DNA from: an uncultured Candidatus Sumerlaeota bacterium
GTDB taxonomy: Bacteria > Bacillota > SLNR01
Assembly (NCBI GenBank): GCA_964503545.1
Contig: CAZDAI010000001.1
Span: 1-55,307, forward strand
Direction: 5' to 3'
Length of the DNA: 55,307 nucleotides
In this document: one piece after another, positions 26,834-35,957 of the stretch
Layout: the number at the start of each line of letters is the position of its first letter
Position numbering within the stretch: the stretch's first letter is position 1
Made by a program: the position numbers and the translations under genes
Notes under the pieces: model-generated
Seen by the model: the letters and a program-made list of their open reading frames with translations, nothing else
What the model was told of the DNA's origin: nothing
Database searches by the model: none

Positions 26834-27376
26834 TTACTGCCGTGTGTAGATTTCCGGCTTTAAAACCGCCACAAACGGTAAATGCCGATAATGACCAGCA
26901 TAATCAAGACCATAGCCAACAACGAATTTATCGGGAATTTCAAACCCAATCAGATCCACCGGTATACTTACTTGCCGATTGGCTATCTTATTGAGCAATG
27001 AGCATATTCTCAGGCTGGCGGGCTTTCTTTCCTTCAGATTATTCACCAGATATTGCAGGGTCAAACCGGTGTCTACTACATCTTCAACCAAAAGAACATG
27101 TTTCCCTTGAATGCTTTTATCCAAATCCTTCAAAATTCTCACGATCCCTGACGTTTCTGTAGCAGCGCCATAACTGGATACAGCCATGAAATCCAATTGA
27201 CAGGGTATGCTGATCGATCGGGCCAGATCGGCGAGAAACATGACCCCGCCCTTTAGAATACATACAAGAAGCAGCTCCTGCCCTGAATACATGCGTGAAA
27301 TTTCTACACCCATTTCTTTTACCCTCTGTTCAATTTCTTCTTTGGAAATCAGTACCTCTTCAATGTCCTGAAACAT
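26834..27376 (-). CDS. hpt: hypoxanthine phosphoribosyltransferase
   Basis: 180 aa with the PRPP-binding motif LLVEDVVDTGLT. Confidence 0.95.
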   Translation of the reverse strand: MFQDIEEVLISKEEIEQRVKEMGVEISRMYSGQELLLVCILKGGVMFLADLARSISIPCQLDFMAVSSYGAATETSGIVRILKDLDKSIQGKHVLLVEDVVDTGLTLQYLVNNLKERKPASLRICSLLNKIANRQVSIPVDLIGFEIPDKFVVGYGLDYAGHYRHLPFVAVLKPEIYTRQ

Positions 27377-27380
27377 GCGA

Positions 27381-28790
27381 TCAACTCCCCTGAATATTTC
27401 GTTTCATTTCTAATCGTATCCACCCTTTGCAATAGGGCTTCCTTCTACAGTAATCCGATTTTCTATGTTCTACAATCCACAGGATCTGTCCTACGCTATC
27501 AACAATGAGGGGGATCTTCATCCGGTCAGATTGGGGTATTTTCATGTCGATCATGATTTTTTTTACTTTGCTGTGGCCTATGCCCCCGGGAAGTTTCATC
27601 TTGTCCCCATCTTGCCGCTGGCGAATCATCAGGGGTAAGGTAATTTCGGCAGGATTCAGAAAAACAACTGAATTGTCGTTTTCTTCTTCCATCAAATCCT
27701 GTTCCAAATAATGGGCCTGAAAGTGCATATCCAATTCCGGTACGGGTGTAATCCCTGGGATGCTTAGATCCCGTTGTTTCAAGAGCAATTCAGTATCTTT
27801 TTTTCTGAATCGTAGGCACAAATTGTCATATTCAATAAATACCACAAGTCCTCCGGGCAAATCAATCCTTTTTCCTGTGCGCGGATTGGTTCCCAGACGG
27901 ATAACCTGCTCTATGTGTTCAAACCCGATTCCCTGTGTTGAATCTCTCAGGCATACAATCATTTTCCGCACTATTCTTCTCTGCAGAGCAATGGGTTGGT
28001 TTTGCATGATACGAATGGGAATCATGCAACGTTTGCTTTGCTTCGTCAGATGGTTATTCAATATCTCTTCGACTCGATTATTCAGATAATCGTTTTCATC
28101 CGTAAGGATCTCTGCTGTTCTTATCAGAGCTTGCCGGAAATTTGGATTAAATTCCTTTTCAATGTATGGAATCAGTTGCAAGCGGATCCTGTTTCGCCGA
28201 TAATCAGGTTTCAGATTTGTCGCATCAAGTCGGCTTTCCAGCCGGTTCTCTGCACAATATGCTTCTATCTCCTGCCTTGTGACATAGAGCAAAGGCCGGA
28301 TGATATTCTGCTCGCGAATCACCTTCATACCTGTCAATCCTGCCATGCCGGTTCCTCGAATCAAGTTAAGGAGGATTGTTTCAGCCTGATCATCACTGTG
28401 ATGTGCTACAGCGATTTTACGGCAATTGAAATCCTTGGCAACTTCCGAAAAGAGGGAATACCTGGCTTGTCTTCCCGCTTCTTCCGGGGATATTCCCTCT
28501 GTCTTGCTAAGCATGGGCACATCCACTACTCTGATCGTACTATCCAAACCCCATTCCTTGGCCACTCGCTCAACAAAACGTGCATCTTCATCCGCGTCGT
28601 CTCCACGAAACTGATGGTTCAAATGAGCAACGTGGAGATACAAAGCATACTCTTCTTTAAGGATTTTGAGGATATGGAGCAAGACTATAGAGTCAGGACC
28701 GCCCGATACTCCAACCACAACCCGATCCCCACGGGTAAGCAAGCCTTTGCTTTGAATGATGCCGCGCACTTTATCCATCAAATTTTCCAT
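27381..28790 (-). CDS. tilS: tRNA(Ile)-lysidine synthetase
   Basis: 469 aa with the PP-loop VGVSGGPDS. Conserved tilS-hpt-ftsH order. Confidence 0.93.
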   Translation of the reverse strand: MENLMDKVRGIIQSKGLLTRGDRVVVGVSGGPDSIVLLHILKILKEEYALYLHVAHLNHQFRGDDADEDARFVERVAKEWGLDSTIRVVDVPMLSKTEGISPEEAGRQARYSLFSEVAKDFNCRKIAVAHHSDDQAETILLNLIRGTGMAGLTGMKVIREQNIIRPLLYVTRQEIEAYCAENRLESRLDATNLKPDYRRNRIRLQLIPYIEKEFNPNFRQALIRTAEILTDENDYLNNRVEEILNNHLTKQSKRCMIPIRIMQNQPIALQRRIVRKMIVCLRDSTQGIGFEHIEQVIRLGTNPRTGKRIDLPGGLVVFIEYDNLCLRFRKKDTELLLKQRDLSIPGITPVPELDMHFQAHYLEQDLMEEENDNSVVFLNPAEITLPLMIRQRQDGDKMKLPGGIGHSKVKKIMIDMKIPQSDRMKIPLIVDSVGQILWIVEHRKSDYCRRKPYCKGWIRLEMKRNIQGS

Positions 28791-28943
28791 CCCCCTGATC
28801 TTTGACAGCAGCCGCCCCTGTCAGGGATAAAATGAGAATAATTCACGAAAAAGAATAAAAATTCTCCCGAAAGAAGTAATTTTCAACTTTTTGTCGAACT
28901 AGTCTTTCGGTGTTACAGAAATACAACGATTGAGGTGGTAATC

Positions 28944-29576
28944 ATGACAACCGGAGACCGACTGCGTCTTGAGCGCGAGAAAAAAGGCTGGACCCAGTTA
29001 CAAGCTGCAGAAATCTTAGGGATTTCCAATGCCGCCCTGTCAAATTATGAACGCGATGTCCGTCAGCCAGACTATGATATGCTACGCCGTTTTGCCAGGA
29101 TTTTTGGCACCTCCATCGACTATCTGCTTGGCTACAGTACAGCACGACGAGCCAACCCCAGCGGACAGCCAAAACCGGAAAGTGAACCGTTTGGTGTTCC
29201 GTTGCTGCCTATCTACAGGATTCCCCTGGATGCTGATTCACCATTTAATCCTGATCACCAGATCGGTGTAATGCCTCACATAACTGGTGATGATCCTGAG
29301 AGTTATTTCTATGTAAAGTGTGGTGGTGAATACAAATCCCTGGCTTTTATCGATTCGGGGGATTTGCTGTTATGCAGAAGACAGAGCAGCATTGCTTCCG
29401 GGGCAGTTATGCTGGCACAAACTGAAAGCGACCCGGTAATCGTTGCTCGCTTCTATGAAGATCACCACCGGTTTATCATATTAAGTGAAAATGCATCCCA
29501 ACCTCCAAAAATCCTGCAGAAAAAAGATGTCATCATATTGGGAAGAGTCATCGCTGGGGTCCATTACTACCTATAG
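28944..29576 (+). CDS. XRE-family HTH regulator with a degenerate S24/LexA-like C-terminal domain
   Basis: HTH LRLEREKKGWTQLQAAEILGISNAALSNYERD. The C-terminal beta-rich domain aligns to the S24 fold but lacks the GDSM Ser and the catalytic Lys. SD GAGGTGG lies 5 nt upstream of the ATG at 28944. Confidence 0.8.
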   Translation: MTTGDRLRLEREKKGWTQLQAAEILGISNAALSNYERDVRQPDYDMLRRFARIFGTSIDYLLGYSTARRANPSGQPKPESEPFGVPLLPIYRIPLDADSPFNPDHQIGVMPHITGDDPESYFYVKCGGEYKSLAFIDSGDLLLCRRQSSIASGAVMLAQTESDPVIVARFYEDHHRFIILSENASQPPKILQKKDVIILGRVIAGVHYYL

Positions 29577-29590
29577 GATCCCTTTCTTTT

Positions 29591-30352
29591 TTATTTGAGA
29601 ATCAGCTCGATGGGACAATGGTCTGAACCGCCCACCTGATCGAGTATTTTAGCATCTGCAATCTGATCGACCATTCCCTGTACAACAAAGAAGTAGTCAA
29701 TCCGCCATCCCACATTTCTTTCTCTGGCTTTAAACCGATAAGTCCACCAGGAATACTGCACACGATCGGGATAAAGGTGCCGGTAGATATCGATATATCC
29801 GGCCCTGATCAGATCATCCAACCGTTTCCGTTCGATCGGCATGAATCCTGAATAATTTTCGTTTTTTTCGGGATTCTTCAGATCAATGGGATGGTGAGCT
29901 GTGTTAAAGTCTCCGCAAACAATCACATTTCTCCCAGCCACAGCAAAATCAGCTAAATAAGGAATCAGGGTGTCGTAGAATTTTAGTTTGTATGTCAGTC
30001 TTTCCTCGCTGGACTGACCATTTGGGAAGTAAATATTCAAAAGTGTGAAGTTTGGATATTCAGCCTCCAGGATCCTACCTTCCCCATCATTCAGTTCCGG
30101 CATGATCATCTCCCTTACAGCTATTGGGTTTTCCTTTGTGAACAGTGCAACTCCACTGTAGCCTTTCTTCTCTGCACAGGACCAAAAACTCTGATAACCT
30201 TCCAACTCTAATTCAGACTCTTCGATTTGTGTCCGATGAATTTTCGTTTCTTGCAGACATAAAATGTCCGGATCTGATTCCGTAATCCAATTACGCAAAT
30301 CTTTTTTCATTAAAGCACGAATTCCATTCGCATTCCAGGATATTATCCTCAA
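29591..30352 (-). CDS. xthA: exodeoxyribonuclease III
   Basis: 253 aa with MRIISWNANGIRA, LCLQETK and a C-terminal GSDHCP. The TTG start is preceded by GGGAGGG at 7 nt. Confidence 0.93.
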   Translation of the reverse strand: MRIISWNANGIRALMKKDLRNWITESDPDILCLQETKIHRTQIEESELELEGYQSFWSCAEKKGYSGVALFTKENPIAVREMIMPELNDGEGRILEAEYPNFTLLNIYFPNGQSSEERLTYKLKFYDTLIPYLADFAVAGRNVIVCGDFNTAHHPIDLKNPEKNENYSGFMPIERKRLDDLIRAGYIDIYRHLYPDRVQYSWWTYRFKARERNVGWRIDYFFVVQGMVDQIADAKILDQVGGSDHCPIELILK

Positions 30353-30772
30353 TTAACGACCCTCCCTGCGATATACGCAAACGTATCCTTATTCTTTCGC
30401 CCAATCGAGCGCTCTTCCTTCCTCAAAACCCTAATTCAGAGTTGATTCATCATGTTTGCTCGTCAACTTATCATTGTGTCAAACCATGAGGCACTACTCT
30501 ATATGGAGCATCCACTTTTAGAGAAAATGCAAACCAAAGAGTAATCGTCTGCGACTAACCAGTAGCAAACAAACACTTCCTCACCAGCTCCATCCGAATT
30601 GCATAGGACGAGAATGGTAGCTCGAATGGTGTATCCATTAATTGGATTGCTGTGGGATGACCTAAATAACCTCAAAAAAGAAACTCAGACAAATCAGTCG
30701 TGTTTCGAGGGTATAAATTGAAAGTACCGAAAAACAATAACACTTCAGCACCTGTACTGCCGCAGGTTAAAT

Positions 30773-30792
30773 AAAACCGCTTTCGCGGTTTT
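30773..30792. terminator. perfect 8-bp hairpin in a long non-coding gap (terminator-like, better T-run on the minus strand)
   Basis: AAAACCGC-tttc-GCGGTTTT. The minus strand continues with ATTT. Confidence 0.4.
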
Positions 30793-31081
30793 GCAAAACT
30801 TTGCAGCATATTTACAATAGCAGGCAGATTCCAGGGGACTCTTATTAAAGTAATATATACTCCCATTCAGGTTTCAAATATTCGTCAGCAATCTCTTTCC
30901 AATTAAGAGGCTAGGCCAAAATTGATTCATTTATCATTGGAGTCCTCTTCAAGCATGGGACCATCCTTTGAGTATCGTCCGAAGAGTTAACCTCCTTTGA
31001 GCATACGGCAGGGGATCTTGGCCGTTCTGGTGAATTATCTACTTGAATCACGCAAATCAAAAAATTTCAGGGGTTGAGGAA

Positions 31082-32311
31082 ATGTACGGAATTGCCCTTG
31101 AGGGTGGTGGAGCCAAAGGCTCCTATCAGATCGGAGCATGGAAAGCCATAGAAGAACTCGGGTTGGAAATCGGCGGTGTTGCAGGAACATCTGTTGGCGC
31201 AATCAATGGTGCCCTGATTTTACAGGAAACTCTTGATGAGGCACTGGAAATCTGGTCCACTATCGAACCCAGTCAGCTGTTTGATGTGGATCACACATTA
31301 TTAGATCGGATGCGAAAGCTGGAAAAATTGCCTGGCAATATGGCTCGTTACATCAACTATTTTCAGGCAGCTGTACAAGACAAAGGGATTGATATAAGGC
31401 CGTTGCGTAATCTGTTGGAAAAACATATTGACGAGGAGAAAATCAGAAAAACAAAGAAAGATTTCGGACTGGTGACCATCTCGCTCTCTGACCGGACGCC
31501 CGTGGAGATATTTCTGGAAGAGATCCCGGAAGGAGAATTGGTAGATTATATTCTAGCTAGTAGCCGCCTTCCCATATTCCAGAGTGATTTTGTTGACGGC
31601 AAACGGTATCTGGATGGTGGTTTTTACAACAATCTTCCTATCAATATGCTAATAAGTCGCGGTTATAAAGAGATAATCGCTATTATGATCGGCGGACTTG
31701 GTGTTCACAGAAAAGTACGAGATAAAGGGATAAATATTATTGCCATACAGCCAAAAGAAAATCTTGGAGCGATTCTAGAGTTCAATCCTGATCGAGTCAG
31801 AACAAATATTGATCTTGGTTATTATGATACACTGCGTGTCTTTAGAGGATACCGCGGGCAGCGTTACTATATCAAGGATGTTCCAAACGACGACTACTTT
31901 ATCGCTGTGCTGGCCAAACTTCCCCAAGAGCGAATGAATGACCTTCTTACCAAGCTTAAATTACCCGGTGACGATCTATATCTGCGGTCAATTTTTGAGA
32001 AAATGATGCCTGCAGTAGCACGAACGCTGAAGCTGGACAACCAGTGTAATTATGGTGATATAATAATTGCCCTCATTGAAAGAATAGCGCAAACCCAGAA
32101 AATTGAGCGATTTAGAATCTACTCGTTCTCGGAGCTGCTCAGTGTATTGGATCCCCGTCAGTTGACAACCCCCCCGCCAAAATCGAAGCTGGTTCGTATT
32201 TTGAAGCGATCCGATCTACTTCCTTGGTCTTTACGGCAAGAGATATTCAGCACGTTATCTGCACTACTGATCCAGACCATGCAAAAAGGATTCGGCCCTG
32301 AAAAGCCGTAG
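31082..32311 (+). CDS. patatin-like phospholipase with a roughly 150-aa C-terminal extension
   Basis: GGGAKG oxyanion loop, GTSVG (GxSxG) and the LDGG catalytic Asp motif. SD GAGGA lies upstream of the ATG at 31082. The ORF track begins at a TTG at 31043. Confidence 0.88.
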   Translation: MYGIALEGGGAKGSYQIGAWKAIEELGLEIGGVAGTSVGAINGALILQETLDEALEIWSTIEPSQLFDVDHTLLDRMRKLEKLPGNMARYINYFQAAVQDKGIDIRPLRNLLEKHIDEEKIRKTKKDFGLVTISLSDRTPVEIFLEEIPEGELVDYILASSRLPIFQSDFVDGKRYLDGGFYNNLPINMLISRGYKEIIAIMIGGLGVHRKVRDKGINIIAIQPKENLGAILEFNPDRVRTNIDLGYYDTLRVFRGYRGQRYYIKDVPNDDYFIAVLAKLPQERMNDLLTKLKLPGDDLYLRSIFEKMMPAVARTLKLDNQCNYGDIIIALIERIAQTQKIERFRIYSFSELLSVLDPRQLTTPPPKSKLVRILKRSDLLPWSLRQEIFSTLSALLIQTMQKGFGPEKP

Positions 32312-32332
32312 ACCGAATCCACACCCGCATCA

Positions 32333-33919
32333 TCACTCCTTGGCTTTGATCTCATCTTTCGTTTCACTCTCAGGGGCAGAAAAGAAACTGAAACTTTTGT
32401 GAAAAAGCAGAGGTATCCTGCCTAGTACGCCATTCCTGTTTTTGAGAATCTGTAAGGTGATTGCCGATGGATCATCGCCGTTGTCTTTGCTTTCTTCTCT
32501 TCCAGTCAAATTCATCACCACATCTGCTGTATAGAGGACTCCGGTAATCTTATCACTCGAATCCTCATTGCCAGTGTAAAGTTTCTCCAGGGATGATGCT
32601 ACAATAACCGGACATGAATATTTTTGCGAAAGCTTTTTTAGCATGAATGCGTTATAGCTGTCAAACACTTCCTGAGAAGGCGGCTGAATCTGGATATCAA
32701 CGGGAATCCTCTGCAGGTAATCGATAATGATTACCGGTACCACACCGAGTTCGTTAACAGTCTGGTACACATAGGAATCGACTGCACTTACCGGGATCGG
32801 TCCCATTCCTTCTACCGTCCAGGTCAACGAAGCAATCCCTGCATACTCTGAATTGGCTTCAGTGATGATTTCCATTTCAGTTCTGCCGCAGAGCACATCA
32901 GAAACCTTCGTCTTGGTAATTCGTGCCATACTTTTTGCCCATAGCTCAAATGCCGATGTTTCAAGGGATACAAATATTACCGGGATTTTCATGCCAGCAA
33001 TTCGGTCTGCCAGATTCTTAAGCAATGTCGTCTTGCCTGACCCAGGTTTGCCGGTTACAATATATAACCCATCCCGAAGACCGCCAAAGAGAATCTTATC
33101 GAGCTTCTCAAATCCGGTCGGAATACCCACCATTTTCCCTTCATTGCGCCGTGCATATTCTTGATGAAAAGCATTCAGATGGCGGATATCTGCTGGAAAC
33201 TGGCGGTATTTCCCGACATCCACAGCCTGATAAACCAGCAACACAAAACTCTTTGCGGCATCTTTAACCCGCACGAAATAATCATTAATATCTTTAATCC
33301 CTTGTGGCAAATCAATAAAGTATACTTCGGCTGCGCTTTCACTAATCTGTCTGGCAACAGCCTCTTTGCCCATCCGGCCGATTTCATCATTGTCAAAACA
33401 GAGAAATACATGCTTGTCTTTGAATTTCTCTGCCCATTCTGGCTTGAAACTATTTACACCTAAGATCGAAACTGCAGGAAAGTTTGCCTGTATTAGGGAA
33501 AGAGCATCAATAATTCCCTCGCAAAGAAAAACCGTATCGTTGTCTTTCATAACTCCTTCATTGAAGAGCACATTGGGATCGATCACATAGTGGGCAGGCA
33601 GATTCTTGTACAGGGGCTGAGCATTTGTCTTTGACCGCCCAACCATATTTACCACATTCCCATCCGCATCCATTATCGGGAATATAAACCGATCCTTGAA
33701 GAAATCCCCCAACGCACTGACCTCAGCGCTGGCAAATCCCAATCGGCTTCCGTCATCATAGCCTAAGAGGAATTTCTCAATGGTCGCATCATTAATGCCT
33801 CGCTGATTCAACATACCCCGGGTCTCTGGATTTAAGCGATTGTGATAGAATCGTGCAGCTTCATTCAGATCAGGTTTTCTCACGCTCATATCTACTTTCT
33901 CATCGGTTGTGTCTGCCAT
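32333..33919 (-). CDS. Toprim primase-like domain fused to a DnaB-family (RecA-fold) helicase domain
   Basis: DnaG-core-like AARFYHNRL..RGI..TIEKFLLGY. Toprim VFLCEGIIDALS and FDNDEIG. DnaB C-terminal GIPTGFEKLDKIL.GL..G.LYIVTGKPGSGKTT, VIIIDYLQ and ILKNRNG. There is no Zn-finger N-terminal domain. SD AAGGGGGA lies 5 nt upstream of the ATG at 33919. Confidence 0.8.
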   Translation of the reverse strand: MADTTDEKVDMSVRKPDLNEAARFYHNRLNPETRGMLNQRGINDATIEKFLLGYDDGSRLGFASAEVSALGDFFKDRFIFPIMDADGNVVNMVGRSKTNAQPLYKNLPAHYVIDPNVLFNEGVMKDNDTVFLCEGIIDALSLIQANFPAVSILGVNSFKPEWAEKFKDKHVFLCFDNDEIGRMGKEAVARQISESAAEVYFIDLPQGIKDINDYFVRVKDAAKSFVLLVYQAVDVGKYRQFPADIRHLNAFHQEYARRNEGKMVGIPTGFEKLDKILFGGLRDGLYIVTGKPGSGKTTLLKNLADRIAGMKIPVIFVSLETSAFELWAKSMARITKTKVSDVLCGRTEMEIITEANSEYAGIASLTWTVEGMGPIPVSAVDSYVYQTVNELGVVPVIIIDYLQRIPVDIQIQPPSQEVFDSYNAFMLKKLSQKYSCPVIVASSLEKLYTGNEDSSDKITGVLYTADVVMNLTGREESKDNGDDPSAITLQILKNRNGVLGRIPLLFHKSFSFFSAPESETKDEIKAKE

Positions 33920-34103
33920 GTCAATCCCCCTTCTCAAACAATCAGATATAGTTTTCTTCGCTGATTATGATAATTTCCCTGCAAAAAAAGACCGATATCA
34001 GTTCTTTCTCCATCAGCTTGGCCAAATGCTATAGAAAACAGGAATTGTCTATGTTATCATAGTAATAACAAGATCCAATGCAAAGTCAGAAAGGAGGCTC
34101 TTT

Positions 34104-34769
34104 ATGGGAGGACGAACCATATTTGGTGCAGCTCTGATTTTTTTCGGTGCGGGGTTTTTGATGCAACAGCTAGGCTATTTTCATTTCGGTGCTTTTTTTG
34201 CGACCTGGTGGCCAATGGTTATCCTCTTCTTGGGTGCTTCCCAACTATTTGCGCGACCCCCTGCATACACACCTGCATTGATCCTCATTGTTATCGGTGC
34301 TTTTTTGCAGATGCGAATTCTTGGCTACGTTCAATTTAATCTGTTCCGTCTTTTCTGGCCCATGCTTCTGATCCTGATCGGCATTCAAATCCTGTTGAAT
34401 AATTCCGCGCGAAGAAAAAATTCGGCTGCAGACTCTTATTTGAGTAATTTTAATATTTTCTCTGGCTATGTGGCCCGTGTTACATCCCAAGAATTCCGCG
34501 GTGGAAGCGTAACCAGCTTGTTCGGTGCTTCGGAGATTGATTTGAGACAGGCAGATCTGCAAAATGGTACAGCTGCCATTGATGTCACGGCAATGTTTGG
34601 TGGGAGCGAGATTATTGTCCCGAGCCATTGGGTCGTGAAAGCTGATGGTATCCCCGTTTTTGGAGATTGGGAGAACAAAACCAAACATGTTCCCCTTGAA
34701 GATCAGCCATCACCCGTTCTTCATGTTCGTTGTCTTGCTCTGTTTGGCGGTGTAACAATCAGAAACTAA
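34104..34769 (+). CDS. membrane protein with a LiaF-like (cell-wall-active antibiotic response) C-terminal domain
   Basis: About 4 TM helices, then a beta-rich domain (..FGASEIDL..FGGSEIIVPSHWVV..). SD AAAGGAGG lies 6 nt upstream. Confidence 0.65.
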   Translation: MGGRTIFGAALIFFGAGFLMQQLGYFHFGAFFATWWPMVILFLGASQLFARPPAYTPALILIVIGAFLQMRILGYVQFNLFRLFWPMLLILIGIQILLNNSARRKNSAADSYLSNFNIFSGYVARVTSQEFRGGSVTSLFGASEIDLRQADLQNGTAAIDVTAMFGGSEIIVPSHWVVKADGIPVFGDWENKTKHVPLEDQPSPVLHVRCLALFGGVTIRN

Positions 34770-34806
34770 ACAGCAGCTTCACCTGCAATGTGCATAGAAC
34801 AGGAAA

Positions 34807-34842
34807 ATGACTCCAGCATCACCCGGAGTCATTTCTTTTTTT
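34807..34842 (+). terminator. rho-independent terminator after the LiaF-like gene
   Basis: 8-bp stem ATGACTCC/GGAGTCAT (34807..34814 / 34825..34832), followed by TTCTTTTTTT. Confidence 0.65.
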
Positions 34843-34896
34843 CCGACTCAATCATTTAGTTATTCACAATGAAATAATTCTGGTTTTGGGAGAATT

Positions 34897-35358
34897 CTAG
34901 CCATCTGAAACATCGATCCAAACGGCACCGGTTATTTCTGCTAGCTGGGCCACACTCATTTCTATCGCTGCGTTTCTGGCACCAGCAGCAGGGTACACGA
35001 TATCATATTTTGCCAATGAATGATCCATAAATATACGTAGATCGCGAATTAATCCAAACGGGCATACTCCACCCATGGGATGCCCTGTAATTTCAACCAA
35101 CTCTTCGGGTTTGATCATTTTCGCCTTGCACCCAAATACGTCTTTAAATTTTCGATTGTTCACCTTGGCTTTCCCAGCCAATACAACCAAGATATCTTCA
35201 TCTTTCAAATGAAATGCCATTGTCTTTGCTATCTGATCCGGGTCAACTCCAAGGACCTCAGCCGCAAGATCAACCGTGGCACTGCTTTGCGAAAACTCTA
35301 AAACTACTAGGTTTGGATCATACTCCAGCAAATGTTTTTTTACTTCAGCAACACCCAT
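34897..35358 (-). CDS. YbaK/EbsC-type aminoacyl-tRNA deacylase domain protein
   Basis: 153 aa with ..IAKTMAF.., ..GHPMGGVCPFG.. and a ..PAAG.. pattern. Confidence 0.85.
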   Translation of the reverse strand: MGVAEVKKHLLEYDPNLVVLEFSQSSATVDLAAEVLGVDPDQIAKTMAFHLKDEDILVVLAGKAKVNNRKFKDVFGCKAKMIKPEELVEITGHPMGGVCPFGLIRDLRIFMDHSLAKYDIVYPAAGARNAAIEMSVAQLAEITGAVWIDVSDG

Positions 35359-35384
35359 TTCTTTGGATCCCCCTTTGAACGTTA

Positions 35385-35957
35385 CTAAACCTTGCTCATT
35401 ATCCTATATACAGCCCTAAAACGCACGATGGATGACGTGATTGCCAAAATGGTTACCACTGAAGCCATCCAGGCAAGTTGCACTGGCAGAAGATTGATCT
35501 CCCACTGCCCCATAATAATCAGTATCGTCGGAGTCAGATAAAAGACAAGTGCGACCCCTCGGCCTAATGGATCATGGACTGCTCTGATATGATTCTCTTG
35601 CTTTGACAGGATGTATGAGGTCCCGATGAATTCTGTACATTTCCAAATGATTACCCACGTGTACCAGTAGGGCAGCATTCCCAGGCGAACAAATAGAATA
35701 TGCATAATGAGTATGAAATAAAAATCAGCCAGAACATCCAGCAAAGCACCGCGCGGTGTCTCAATGGCATAGAGTCTGGCTACCTTGCCGTCCAAAAAAT
35801 CAGTCAGATAGATAACCGCGATCAAAAGCAGCATTATCACTGCCGAGTCTGTGGAGTTCCAGAATATTGCAGCCGCCAGCGTCGTCAGAACGAAACGAGA
35901 ATAAGTCAGCAAATCTGCAGGGCTTATTCCCGCCATTTTATTCAGCCACATCGGCAA
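35385..35957 (-). CDS. CDP-alcohol phosphatidyltransferase family protein
   Basis: Exact DG(x2)AR(x8)G(x3)D(x3)D motif, DFLDGKVARLYAIETPRGALLDVLAD. Polytopic membrane protein. Confidence 0.82.
   Translation of the reverse strand: MPMWLNKMAGISPADLLTYSRFVLTTLAAAIFWNSTDSAVIMLLLIAVIYLTDFLDGKVARLYAIETPRGALLDVLADFYFILIMHILFVRLGMLPYWYTWVIIWKCTEFIGTSYILSKQENHIRAVHDPLGRGVALVFYLTPTILIIMGQWEINLLPVQLAWMASVVTILAITSSIVRFRAVYRIMSKV

Noticed and set aside
27996-28805. 269-aa plus-strand ORF antisense to tilS, and similar long antisense ORFs at 2738..3334, 9963..10520, 10601..11191, 15721..16287, 22526..23312 and 48768..49367
   Set aside because: All lie entirely inside well-supported genes on the opposite strand. 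Their translations are low-complexity or Ser/Cys/Arg-rich with no motifs and no SDs. These are typical shadow ORFs.
30672-30866. 64-aa minus-strand ORF in the xthA-patatin gap
   Set aside because: It has no SD, it spans the perfect hairpin at 30773..30792, and its sequence has no recognisable features. It is kept only as part of the non-coding-gap finding.
28935-34103. Treating XRE/S24 regulator + xthA + patatin + primase-helicase as one integrated element or one defence island
   Set aside because: The genes are on alternating strands with separate terminators and promoters. xthA is housekeeping, and no boundary repeats or integrase were found. They are therefore reported as separate observations.
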